A program made the translations under genes and the position numbers. Positions 12,396 to 24,430 of a stretch of DNA of 64,000 nt are shown piece by piece. Under the pieces are notes generated by a model that saw only the letters and a program-made list of their open reading frames with translations, was not told the DNA's origin and ran no database searches. Source of the DNA: Octopus sinensis (Eukaryota); the NCBI RefSeq assembly GCF_006345805.1, contig NC_043001.1, positions 86,552,001 to 86,616,000 on the forward strand, written 5' to 3'. Positions within the stretch are counted from its first letter, which is position 1, and every line of letters starts with the position of its first letter.

Positions 12396-14101
12396 AATTA
12401 ACTATCCGATTTTTCGGCGCGGTTTTTCATTTCCAAGTCTAGAAATGGTAAAAACAGCTTATCAGCAACGAAACACGGTGAACATAAAGATAGAAGAAAC
12501 CAGAGTTGGACTGTGACGGATCCAATACATTTGCAGCTAACTTGTCTGTTTATGCAACGAAAAGAAGGGTAGGAGAGAGAGAGAGGGGGGGAAGAGAGGG
12601 AGAGAGAAAGAGCAAACTGTAAGGGGATGGTATTAGTGCCAGTACAGAGTTATTAGTTCTTGTCATTATTTCTCTAACAGTGTAGCTAGCTGCTAGAATC
12701 TCATTCAAGTCTGCCGACTGAACTCTCTTTGTAAGTGCAACATTTTTTTCTTGGTTTATGTTTATATAAAAAATAAGAAACACAATAGATTAGATTTGAG
12801 ATTTTTTTTTTAATAGATTATTTTAGTAGCTCTGTCGTCGTCAAAGCTGACATAAATTGAAACACCGCTCTCTAAATATCACAACTTATCTTTTCTCAGG
12901 ACCTTGCTCCAAACGTCAATTTATCTTATTTTAAGAATTTTATTAACTGTATTTTACAGCCGTTAATTATCACTGGTTTTATATCAGTCATTTCTTTTTT
13001 CATTATAAACTGGACATTGGCTATAGTTGTTATCCTTTTTATTTTATTTTTGATACATAATAATTATAATAGGGTGCATGGCATCGACTAAACCCACACC
13101 CTCAAAATCGCTGGCCCTGCGCCCGGATTTGAAAGGATAATAATAATTATTTTTATTTTCGCAAGTGTCTGCAGTCCTTTTAACAACTCTTTGCGGTTAA
13201 TAAGGAAAACAATTTTATTATTAGATATATTTCAGGATATTAATTAGGTAGCTTCAGGATGTTCGAGACACTGCTTTAAGATAATCTACCGCAAATTTTA
13301 ATTGTCAATTTATGAAATATTAATTCTGCCAAATTACAGACCTGTATATCCATTTCGTTCATATTTTTAAATAAATTCTAAATTCCTTTAAACATTGATG
13401 CTTTTCCTGGCCTCAGACCAACCGCGTCCAAAATCTATAATAGACATTCTATCATTGACCGTCTGGTCTTTTATATATCGCCATCAAGTACAGTACCTTA
13501 TGAATTCTTCCTTCATGTTTTTTAAAACTGTAGAGGTATGAGTTAAGGCACGTTTTGTTATTTCTAGCAAAGCGAGCGACCACATAGAGGTTCGCTCGTT
13601 GTTTAGAACGGCGCAAAGTCAGTTGCAAAATTACCAAAGATTTTTTTTTTTTAGGAAGCTGTACATTAACATGAGATTAACCAAATTCATTTACGGCATA
13701 ATTGGCAATTAACCAAGATTTACTCTTTGCTTTTATTTTATATTTTACCACCGCAGTCTGATTTCATTTTGTTATATATTTTTTTTTCATTAGTTTCTTC
13801 TGTCCATTCCGTTCTAGTAACCTGTACCTCTGTATTTATTTAGTGTACACATCTTTCTATATATTTTACCATATTTTCACTCAGATATTGCTTGAAGTGT
13901 TTATAGTGTCTTCGGGATTTTTTTTTTTTTTGTGTGTGTTTCTATTTAATTTTGTAGTATAACAATGTTCTTTATTTGCATATTTATTTTTAGTCTTTAA
14001 ATTTCTATACAAAGAAAAAGGTTTGCGTATGTATACATAGGTGTACAAATGAGTATATATATGTGTATGTCTGTGACTGCGATTATATAAAACCGTTGTA
14101 A

Positions 14102-14334
14102 GGCGGCGAGCTGGCAGAAACGTTAGCACGCCGGGCGAAATGCGTAGCCGTATTTCGTCTGCCGTTACGTTCTGGGTTCAAATTCCGCCGAGGTCGACTT
14201 TGCCTTTCATCCTTTCGGGGTCGATAAATTAAGTACCAGTTACGCACTGGGGAGTCGATGTAATCGACTTAATCCCTTTGTCTGTCCTTATTTGTCCCCT
14301 CTGTGTTTAGTCCCTTGTGAGTAGTAAAGAAATA
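14102..14334 (+). mobile_element. SINE family A, CpG-intact copy
   Basis: ggcggcgagctggcagaaacgttagcacgccgggcg... Confidence 0.88.
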
Positions 14335-14690
14335 TATATATAAGACCGTTGCGTATATATGTGCGTGTAAACGTGAGTATGTCTGTGTGGTTATATGTGA
14401 GTGTATCCGCATGAATATGCACGGGTGTTTATGTATGTATATAACTGGTGTATGCGCGAGTACGTTTGCGTGTTTTGAAAAGGCGTGTCTGCACGCAGCT
14501 ACGTGTATATGCGTGCGCGCGTGTAGTTTTGTTGCTGTGCTGAATAAAAATCGCTGATGAGCCAACAACAAAGTCTTTGTGCTTTCGCTCGTCCTGTTAG
14601 AAGTAACAACCAAATCTCCCTCAAGTCACAGCCTACCGTCTTTATAAAGAACACCTTAGATAATCTAACCTGGCCTACAGTATTTCTCTC

Positions 14691-14977
14691 GGTACTACTT
14701 AAGAAGAGTGGTCTCGGTGCGCGCACTCGCGTACTCGTGCATCCGCGCTAGCTAGTCGTGACTAGTCGATCCTTACTTTGTGCTTTTGTGTTTTATTTAC
14801 TTTGTTTTAAAAAATTATTTACTTTGTGTTTTTGTATTTTATTTACTTTGTGTAAAAAAAAAATTTATTTTGTGTTTTATTTACTTTGCTAGGTAGTCGT
14901 TGTAGGATCGACTAGTCACGACTAGCTAGCGCGAGTACGCGAGTGCGCGCACCGGGACCACTGTTCTAAGTAGTACC
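14691..14977. mobile_element. Merlin-like MITE with about 75-bp TIRs
   Basis: TIRs GGTACTACTT.AG.A.AGTGGTC.CGGTGCGCGCACTCGCGTACTCG... at both ends; 8-bp TSD tttctctc/tttctctt (1 mismatch); AT-rich interior of tttactttgtg subrepeats. Confidence 0.7.
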
Positions 14978-15081
14978 TTTCTCTTAAGACAATAGTCGTA
15001 ATTTGAACACATTTGTTTTGTACGTTTGGTTGCTCTACATAAGGTTGCTGTGTAAATTTCTCTTATTTGATCAGTCTAGAC

Positions 15082-15269
15082 CAGTACTCCCCAACCCATA
15101 TGCCGTGGCACACCGTGCCACGAGACGATGCTAGGTGTGCCGCAATGTAACCTGAATATAATTTTTCCCCTATACTTTTAGTTATATTTTTTTAGTTCAG
15201 GTGTGCCGCTGAATTTTGAAACGAATATACGTGTGCCTGCCGCAAGTGAAGAAGGGTTGCAGAGCACTG
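15082..15269. mobile_element. hAT (Charlie-type) MITE
   Basis: TIRs CAGTACTCCCCAACC / GGTTGCAGAGCACTG; perfect 8-bp TSD GTCTAGAC at 15074-15081 and 15270-15277. Confidence 0.85.
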
Positions 15270-16059
15270 GTCTAGACAGCCAAACTAGATGTGTTATTAT
15301 CAGAGAGGAATGGGTGGAGATGCTACAGAGTAATCAAGCGTTCACCTGGTTATTCGTTACTATCAGCCTACAGCAGACTCTCCTTTCTTCTTGCCTTTAC
15401 TGAAATGTTGCAGCGAATTTGTGTTATCTGTATGACTGTGTAGGTGTGAGTGAGATGAGATATCTCAGGAGAGCCTTCTGCATATCAAATGTTCAGTAGG
15501 GTCTTACATCTGTAAATGTAGCAAGCTGAAATATTTTGATACATTGAGATTATCTGAGTAATTAGTAAATGTAAACTTCCTCGAGGGGTATTTTAAATCC
15601 CCAATACGCGAAGGGAAATAACTTCAATATGTTTAGTTTCAGTCATTGACGACTTTCGTCAAACAAATCAATCTTGGTACTCATTTTTTAAAAAAGTCTG
15701 GTACTTATTCTATCAGTTTCTTTTGCTGAAACGCTAATTTACGTGGACGTAAGCAAACCAACACTGGTTGTCAAGCAGTTGTGGTAGGACACACACATAC
15801 ACACAATTTGCATCCACACAACTTCTGCCTACCAAATTCACATACTTGGCACTGGTCGGCCCCAAACTATAATGGAAGACACTTGCCCATGGTGTTCCAT
15901 GGTATCGCACAGTGGGTCTGAATCTGAAACTAAAGCGAACCTCTTTACCACACAATTCTTATTGAATTTATTTTATTTTTATTTACTGAATCTGGAGCCT
16001 GGGACAGAGCTCATGAACTTTGCAAGCCCTGCAAAGTTAATGTTCCTGAACAAAAAACA

Positions 16060-16237
16060 TGACTGTCCAGAAGAGTTGCAGGAGATTCCAAAGCCAATGG
16101 CGATTTTATTGAATAAATTTACTCTTTAGTATTTCAAGATATTTTTATGTAATTCTGGTAAATATATCTGTTAAAATGAGATGTCGGTGTTATTTTCATT
16201 TTTGCATAATTTAGATGAGTTTATTCACCACACCCTG
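16060..16237 (+). mobile_element. Short 3' end of the same mariner-like family as 22375-22838
   Basis: Near-colinear with 22675-22838 (ctgtcc..gag.tgcaggagatt...ttattca.cacac.ctg). Confidence 0.7.
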
Positions 16238-16289
16238 TATGTACATATATCTTTCTATCTAAATATATGTATATATATATTTATTTATT

Positions 16290-16655
16290 GCCAGAGCGGC
16301 CAACTGGCTTCCGTGCCGGTGGCACGTAAAAAGCACCATTCGAGTGTCATCGTTACCAGCATCGCCTTACTGGCATGTGAAAAAACATTTGAGCGAGATC
16401 GTTGCCAGTTCCGCTGGCACATAAAAGACACCATTTGAGCATGGCCGTTGCAAGTACCGCCTGACTGGCCCTCGTGCCGGTGGAATGTAAAAGCACCCAC
16501 TACACTCTGAGTGGTTGGCATTAGGAAGGGCATCCAGCTGTAGAAACTCTGCTAAATCAAGATTGGAGCCTGGTGCAGCCATTTGGTTCGCCAGTCCTCA
16601 GTCAAATCGTCCAACCCATGCTAGCATGGAAAGTGGATGTTAAACAAAGATGATA
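16290..16655 (+). mobile_element. RTE 3' UTR-derived short copy
   Basis: Matches the reverse complement of 60035-60360. Confidence 0.8.
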
Positions 16656-18702
16656 TATATATACTGACTTGCTTATTTTCCAAGGTAACAAGTAATAATA
16701 TAATTCAGGACAGTCATTTAACATCCAACAATGTTGCATCAACATTGTCATTATTTTAATGTCCATTTTTCCATGCTTGCATGGGTCAGATGAAACTTTT
16801 TATGGCTGGATGTTCTTTCTGTCACTGACCTTCACTGGTTTCCAAGCAAGGTAATATTTTCACTAGTCCTTCAAACATTGATATCTCCATGGTTGGATAC
16901 ATTTTCATAGTACCTGTTTTGTGAATTCTAGAAGAAAGAGGCAAAATTCATGTCTTCCAATATCAGACTCATGACCATATCAAAGTGCACACATTTTAAG
17001 TAACTCATGGTTCTATCATGATGAAAGAAGGTATGGCTGTGCAGTGAAGAAGTTTGCTTCCCAACCATGGGGTTTTGTGTTCAGTTCCATTGCATGGCAC
17101 CTTGGGCAAGTATCTTCTACAATAGTACCAGGTCAACCAAAATCTTGTGAGTAGATTTGGTAGTTTCAAACTGAAAGAAGTCTGTTGTGTGTGTATACAT
17201 GTATGTGTTTGTATCAACACCACCACTTGACAGCCGGTGTTAGTTTATTTACATCCTTCTAATTTAGCACAAAGGACACTGAGAGAACGAGTAGCAGATT
17301 TAAAAATAAGTACTGGAGCTGATTTGTGCAACTGACCTTACAAGATAGTGCTCCAGCATGACCACAGTCTAATGACTGAAAGAAGTGAGAGTAAAAGAGA
17401 CAATCTGAGATCAAATCACTTGGCAACACAAAGTGCTACTCAGGAATTTTTAATGTAAACTTTCCTGTAAACATGTTCTACATTTTTCTGCTGAGCCAAT
17501 GTAGTTGTTTGTGGAAATGTTTCCCTGCCTGTTCCTCTTCACCATTGAATCACTCCCAGTGTCATACTATTTAGAACTGTGACACTATTTGATGATATAT
17601 AAACTAATGAATATTTTGCTTATCTGCCTCAGACACATCTTCCTTCCTTTGAGTTTAGGATGTGGTGGGAAATATTGAAGAATGTGATAGCGTTGAACAT
17701 CTGTGACTGCTTCCCGTCAGTTTATGTTTGTGTAATGTACAGGCACAGTGCACTCCCCAACACAGGCTTGAAGTTTCACTTCAAATTTATTTATTTGTCC
17801 ATTTTATTTATGTATTTACTTTTTGCTGTTTTTTTTTATTATATATATTATTGTTTATTAAGGCAGAAAGCTGGCAGAATCATTACTGCACCAGATAAAA
17901 TGCTAAGTGACATTTCTTCAAGCGATATGTTCTGAGTTCAAATGCTGCCGAGGTTGATTTTAAAAAAAATTTTTTTTTTTATTGCCTCTGCCTTACGAAG
18001 GCAGAGGTATTGTTTTCACTCATGTTTATTTGTTTGTCCATGGACAAGATATGTCAAGATGGATTCAGATGAAACTTTCAAGGATGTTTGGCTTCATGAC
18101 TGGCACAAACTGATTAGAGTTTGGATTCTGGGTTATTTTCCGTTTTGTTACTTAATTTTTGAGAGTGGTCGAGTTCATTTTTAGTATTCTTGTTTGTGAG
18201 AGCAGCTGAGTTTATTTCAGATATTCTCATTTTCAAAATCATCTCTGGCTAATCATTAAAAGGATGTTGGTGTTGCCTTTGTGGAGGTTTGTGCTCTTGT
18301 GTATGTTTTTTTTTTTTTATTCACCTTTCATCCTTTTGAAGTCAATAAAATAAGTACCATTCTAATACTGGGGCTCAATGAAATCAACTAGTGACCCTGC
18401 CCCTCAAAATTTCCAGCCTTATGTCTATAGTAGAATTATTTATTTATTGCTTGTCTGAAATTCTTCAATCAATAAAGCCAAAAAGGCTTTTGTTTTTGCA
18501 TTTTTATTACTTCATTCACTGGATTGCAGCTATCATAGGGCACTGCCTTGAAGTGTTTAGTCAAGCAACCCCCCACCCACCCACCAATACTTATTTTAAA
18601 GTTTGGTATTTATTCTATTGATCTCTTTTGCTGGGCTACTAAGTTGCTGGGATTTAAGCAAACCAATACCAGTCGACAAATGGTGTTGGGGACACACACA
18701 CA

Positions 18703-18762
<60 letters not shown>

Positions 18763-18925
18763 ACATGAATCTTCCAGTTTGTCTGCCAAACCCACTCACA
18801 AGGCTTTGGTTGGCCCTGGGTTATAGTAGAAAACACTTGGCTAAGGTGCTGCACAGTATGACTAAACCCAAAATTGGGTGGTCGCAAAACAAATTTCTTA
18901 AGCACACTGCCATGCCAGCACCTAA

Positions 18926-18956
<31 letters not shown>

Positions 18957-19259
18957 TCTAAGGTGGCGAGCTGGCAGAATTGTTAGCACACTGGGTGAAA
19001 TGCTTTGCAGTACTTTGTTCATCTCCAGGTTCTGAGTTAAAATGCTAGCAAGGTCAACTTTGCCTTTCATCCTTTCAGGGTTGATAAATTAAGTACCAGT
19101 GAAACACTGGAGTCGATGAAATCAACTAGTCCCCTTCCCCAAAATTTCAGGTCTTGTGCCTTTAATAGAAAGGATTATTATTATTATTTCTTGAATCTGG
19201 AAGAAGTTTCAGTGCCTATGACCTTTGCAGCCCCTCCAGCACTGCTGAGTTTGATGTTC

Positions 19260-19488
19260 TTAACCCTTTTTTTTACTGTATTTATTTTGAGATGATCTGT
19301 GTTTCTTTCAATTACTTTAAATATATCAAAGACTTTAGTAAAATAACTTAGTTATCATTAAGCTAGTGTTAAGAACATAAATTGTGACCAAGGTTTGGTG
19401 GAAGATTTTAATTCAAAACTTATGAAAACAAGATATTTGTACTCAAAGCCAGAGGCGGTTTCAGTCAGGTTGGTAATGAAAGAGTTAA
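19260..19488. mobile_element. TTAA-flanked piggyBac-like MITE
   Basis: ttaa-ccctt...aagag-ttaa; relatives at about 39580-39745 and 44246-44455. Confidence 0.6.
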
Positions 19489-19649
19489 ACTGTTGCAGAT
19501 TAACACCTGCAGGAAAAACATGAGCAGCAAGATTTCAGGAAACTGTTCTGAGGACGAAGGATTGGGAATAGTATTTAGTATATGCAAAGTTGGATGGATA
19601 CATAACAGGGGTGATGATAGGTGGAGAGTGGTGGAGGTATGAGAGCAGC

Positions 19650-19876
19650 GGCGAGCTGGCAGAGACGTTAGCACGCTGGGCGAAATGCATAGCTGTATTT
19701 CATCTGCGTTACGTTCTGAGTTCAAATTCCACTGAGGTCGAATTTTCTTTTCATCCTTTCGAGGTCGATAAATTAAGTACCAGTTACGTACTGGAGTCGA
19801 TATGATCGACTTAATCTGTTTGTCTGTCCTTGTTTGTCCCCTCTGTGTTTAGCCCCTTGTGGGTAGTAAAGAAATA
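19650..19876 (+). mobile_element. SINE family A with 14-bp TSD
   Basis: TSD ggtatgagagcagc at 19636-19649 and 19877-19890. Confidence 0.9.
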
Positions 19877-20494
19877 GGTATGAGAGCAGCCAGCTCTGAG
19901 GAGATACTTAGTGTAAGTAAGGAGAGAGAAGAGACAACATGCTCTTGGAGTTCAATGATCTCTGCTGATAGCCTTTTTGCTGGTGTGGATCTACAGTAGT
20001 TTAAATGGAACAATAATGGTATTAATCTCCCCAGTTTTGGAGAGTCTACATGTCATGAATCTTCAGTCAATGCAACACTATGACAAGGCTGAGCATTTTG
20101 AATTACAAGTACACTTTCTATCTTCCAAATTCATTCACAGACCTCAAGTCAAGCTGAGTCAATATAAAAGCTCTTGCCCAAGACATCACAGCATTGTAAT
20201 TGAACCAGGTTGCTAAATAACCTTCTTGACCAGGTGGATGTACTGACAGGTGTTTCTTTAATATATGTGTGTGTGTGTGCAGTGATCTGTATCTTTGAGT
20301 TGTTTATGGTTACTAATCTATTATTGAAAGCTGAGTTCATGGAGATAGTGTAAGGTTACATATAAGTAAATGCTTATGTACAGATGATACCATCCTAAGC
20401 TCATCCCTTTCAAGTGCATAGATGTGTTTATGGTCTGAAGCAGTGCTACTCCTACTACTCACCACCTAATTAGCCTCCTCTCAGTTTTTGCACT

Positions 20495-20880
20495 CTCTTT
20501 TACTTGTTTCAGTCAATTGACTTTGGCCATGCTGGAGCACCGCCTTTAGTCAAGCAAATCGACCCCAGGACTTATTCTATGTAAGCCTAGTACTTATTCT
20601 ATCGGTCTCTTTTGCCGAACCACTAAGTTATGGGGACGTAAACGTACCAGCATCAGTTGTCAAGCAATGTTGGGGGGGACAAACATATACATACACGTAC
20701 ATATATATATACATATATACAATGGGTTTCTTTCAGTTTCCGTCTACCAAATCCACTCACAAGGCTTTGGTTGGCTCAAGGCTATAATAGAAGACACTTG
20801 CCCAAGGTGTCACGCAGTGGGACTGAACCTGGAGCCATGTGGTTGGTAAGCAAGCTACATACCACACAGCCACTCTTACA
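20495..20880 (-). mobile_element. SINE family B
   Basis: Reverse complement of family B. Further, more decayed copies lie near 15630, 17030, 18490, 22105, 25465, 27680, 33630, 34270, 45950, 53270, 56200, 58290 and 63730. Confidence 0.8.
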
Positions 20881-21724
20881 TTTATCATAAATGTGTGATT
20901 AATATTACAGAATCGTTAGTGCACCAGACAAAGCTGTTAGTGGCATTTCATCTGTTTACACTCTGGGTTCAAATGCTGTCAGGATTGACTTTGCCTTTCA
21001 TTCCCTTGGGCTCAATAAAATAAGTGCTAAAATTTGAAATAAACATATTAAATGTGAAGATATTATAAATCAGTGCCCCTAAAATTAAGAGGTAATTGCT
21101 CTCAATGTTCCTAATATAGGTTTAAAATTTTTGTACAAGGCCAACAATTTCAAGGGTGGGACTTAAACGATTACATCAACCCTAATGTTCAACTAGTACT
21201 TATTTCATCAAATCCAAAAGGTTGAAAGGCAAAGTTGGCCTCAGCAGCATTTGAACTCAGATCCTAAGGTCAGAAGAAATGCTGTGAAGCATTTTATCTG
21301 GTATGTTAATGATTCCACCAGCTCACTGCACTCAGTATTGGTTTCAAATTTTGGCACAAGGCCAGCAAGTTTAGTGCATGAGTCCATCACCCTAACAACT
21401 AGGCCACACACCTCCACACTATAAACAATAAAGTGTTGTCCCATCCAGTGGGGAAATAAGAAATTAAAACTGTTATTCATTTAATAGTTTTAATTTCTTA
21501 TTTCCCCACTGGATGGGACACCAGTCCATTGCAGGATTACTCATATTTGCCAGCTGAGTAGATTGTGGAGCAATATGAAAGTAAGTGTTTTGTTCATGAG
21601 CACGTGTTACTTGGTCCAGGAACTGAAATGTGTCCAACACCCTAACAACTAGATGACAAACCACACTATAAAAATCAATTAAAGTAATTAAATGAAGAAT
21701 AGTTTTAATTGCTTATTAAATGAC

Positions 21725-22046
21725 AAAATGTGACCTGTTTCTGTACTGTTTATTTATTTATGCGCCCTTTTCAAGCCTAGCCAGGATCATGGGCCTGGTT
21801 TCCCAGTTTCTGTGGTATATGTGTTCACCCCAGCTGGACAGGATGCCAGTCCAAGAAACAGGAAGAAAGAGTGAGAGAAAGTTGTGGCAAAAGAGTACAA
21901 CAGGGGTCGCCACCACTCCCTACTGGAGACTCATGGAGCTTTAGGTGTTTTTGTTCAATAAATACACACTACGCCCGGTCTGGGAATCGAAACCGCGATC
22001 CTCCGACTGTAAGTCCGCTGCCCTAACCACTGGGCCATTACGCCTC
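21725..22046 (-). mobile_element. SINE family C
   Basis: Reverse complement of ggaggcg.aatggcccagtggttagggcagcggact. Confidence 0.8.
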
Positions 22047-22374
22047 CGTTTCTATACTGTGGCAACACAATTTGATATAACATTGATTATATGTATCCTT
22101 TCATTCTTTTATTTGTTTCAGTCATGGGACTATGGCCATACTGGATCACTTCCTTGAAAGGTTTACTTTAACAAATCAGTTCCATTCTTTTTTATTTTTT
22201 AAGTCTTGTACTTATTCTATCAGTTTCTTTTACCAAATTAAGTCACAGGGATGTAAACAAACCAACATCTATTATCAAGCAGTGTGGGGACAAATGCACA
22301 CACAATATACAACAGGCTTCCGCACAGTTTCTTTTTATCAAATTTGTTCACAAGGCATTGGTTGGCTCCAGTTT

Positions 22375-22838
22375 GATGACCTACATGAAGTGCCCGGAGG
22401 AGGTAGTGCTTCCCTGGGTTAAGAGGGTGGCTGCTGGAAGACCCTATGTTTGGCAACAGGACTCTGCACCATGCCACACAAGCAGAAGAACCCAGTCATG
22501 ACTGTCAGACAATTTCTGCAACCACATCTGGCCACCTAACTCCCTAGACTGCAACCCCCTTGATTATTATGTGAGGGGCACAGCTGAGCGAGAGACCAAC
22601 AAAACTTCTTGCAACACCAAAGATGAACTGAATGCAAGGATTATAGCAGAATTCACCAACTTAAACAAGGAGACTGTCCAAAAGAGCTGCAGGAGATTCA
22701 ATGGCAATTTTATTGAATACATTTACCCTTTATCATTTCAAGATATTTCTATGCAGTTTTGGTAAATATATCTATTAAAATGAAATGTTAGTGTTATTTT
22801 CATTTTTGCGTAATTTAGACGACAATTTATTCAACACA
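22375..22838 (+). mobile_element. Mariner-like (maT/DD37D-like) transposon 3' fragment
   Basis: EVVLPWVKRVAAGRPYVWQQDSAPCH...WPPNS.DCNPLDYYV...ERETNK followed by the terminal sequence; contains a stop and a small deletion. Confidence 0.8.
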
Positions 22839-23464
22839 CTCTGTGTGTATGTGTGTGTGTTTGTTTCAGACACACACACAACCATACACTCTCACTCTGC
22901 TTGATAACTGGTGATGGTTTGTTTACATTCCTGTAATCTGTTCAAATAAAGTCTTTCGTGTTGCCTCACTACAACACGACTGAAATGAATAATGATGAAA
23001 AAGAAAGTCACAGTATTTGAAAAAGGATTTTCTTAAAATTATTTATTATATTTTAAATATCTTTTAAAAAAAGAAAGGATATTACTAAAAGTGAGTTTTG
23101 GTATTAGACATGTTCAAATCTATTTCAACCTGCTTATTTTAAAAGTTTATATAACTTATAATTTTTAATCTAAGAAAATCTCTGAAGCAACTGCAATGAA
23201 AATGTTGTCCTCAATGCAATCTCCAATTTGAAGTTCATTGATGCAGGCATGTGCCTTGAGAGCTGGCACAGCTGGCAAGTTCTCAATAGGCCAACACCAT
23301 TACCTCATGCATCTGCACTTGAGCACCCTCCCCTCTGCTACTGTTGTTGCCCTCTGCCTCATGCCCTGGTTGAAACTGCACCTGCTCATACACACATACT
23401 CCTCACTATTTGTAAAATGATTTTAAAATAATTTATAGATTATACAAACAATCTTTAAAAAGAA

Positions 23465-23516
23465 AGATTATCATATATATATGTGTGTGTGTGTCTATGT
23501 ATATATATATATATGT

Positions 23517-23570
<54 letters not shown>

Positions 23571-23684
23571 ATATATACATTTATAAATATATTTATACAT
23601 TTGTATATATATATATATACACACATACATATATACATTTATAAATATATTTATACATTTGTATATATATATATATATACACAC

Positions 23685-23717
<33 letters not shown>

Positions 23718-23972
23718 CATTTATAAATATATACGAAATATATAAACATACTATGTATGTATGTATGTATGTATAAAGCAAATATATAAAAGTATTATTA
23801 CTGTTAAAGACAGTAATAATGAGGTGGCTAGCAAGACTTCTCCCTAAACAGGTATAATATGAAATATTTGAATAAAAGAAGGGTAAAAATACCGCTTGCC
23901 AAGATGAAAGCAAAAGCTTCAAAAACCATGAAGCATAATATACATATATATGTGTGTATGTGTATATATATA

Positions 23973-24028
<56 letters not shown>

Positions 24029-24030
24029 TA
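23465..24030. repeat. Compound (TA)/(CA)/(TACA) microsatellite with about 59-bp higher-order units
   Basis: atatatacatttataaatatat... recurs about 3 times. Confidence 0.9.
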
Positions 24031-24035
24031 CATAT

Positions 24036-24247
24036 AGTAGTCCCTCAACTATTTTGGGTGTTACATTCCAAAACCTCTCACGATAGGTGAAAATCTGCAA
24101 AGTAGAAACAGTACTGTAGCGTATATTTTTTATTATTATTTTTATAAATTGTATATACTTATTTTATTATAAATGCAAAACAGCACCACAGAGGAATCAA
24201 TGTAAGCTTATATAATAAACAGCAATAGGTGAACCACAAGGGGTTAT
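24036..24247. mobile_element. pogo/Tigger-like MITE
   Basis: tagtagtccctcaactatt...gataggtgaaaatc / aataggtgaaccacaagggg ends within TA tracts. Confidence 0.45.
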
Positions 24248-24380
24248 GTATACACATACTATATATACGTTTTTATATACATATATACATATGCATGCTA
24301 TGTATACATATGTGTGTGTATATATATATATTTCGGTGTACATACTTTTTATGTATTTACATTTATTTATATCATATATG

Positions 24381-24430
<50 letters not shown>

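Larger units (their letters stand above)
12400..15270. promoter_or_regulatory. CpG-retaining region, possible promoter/5' UTR zone
   Basis: Unique sequence at 12400-12540, 13420-13760 and 14470-14680 keeps many CpGs, unlike the CpG-poor surroundings; candidate splice sites nearby. No transcript evidence. Confidence 0.3.

Noticed and set aside
12190-12516. 108-aa poly-M/V/A ORF
   Set aside because: Trinucleotide microsatellite readthrough; no domain or splice support.
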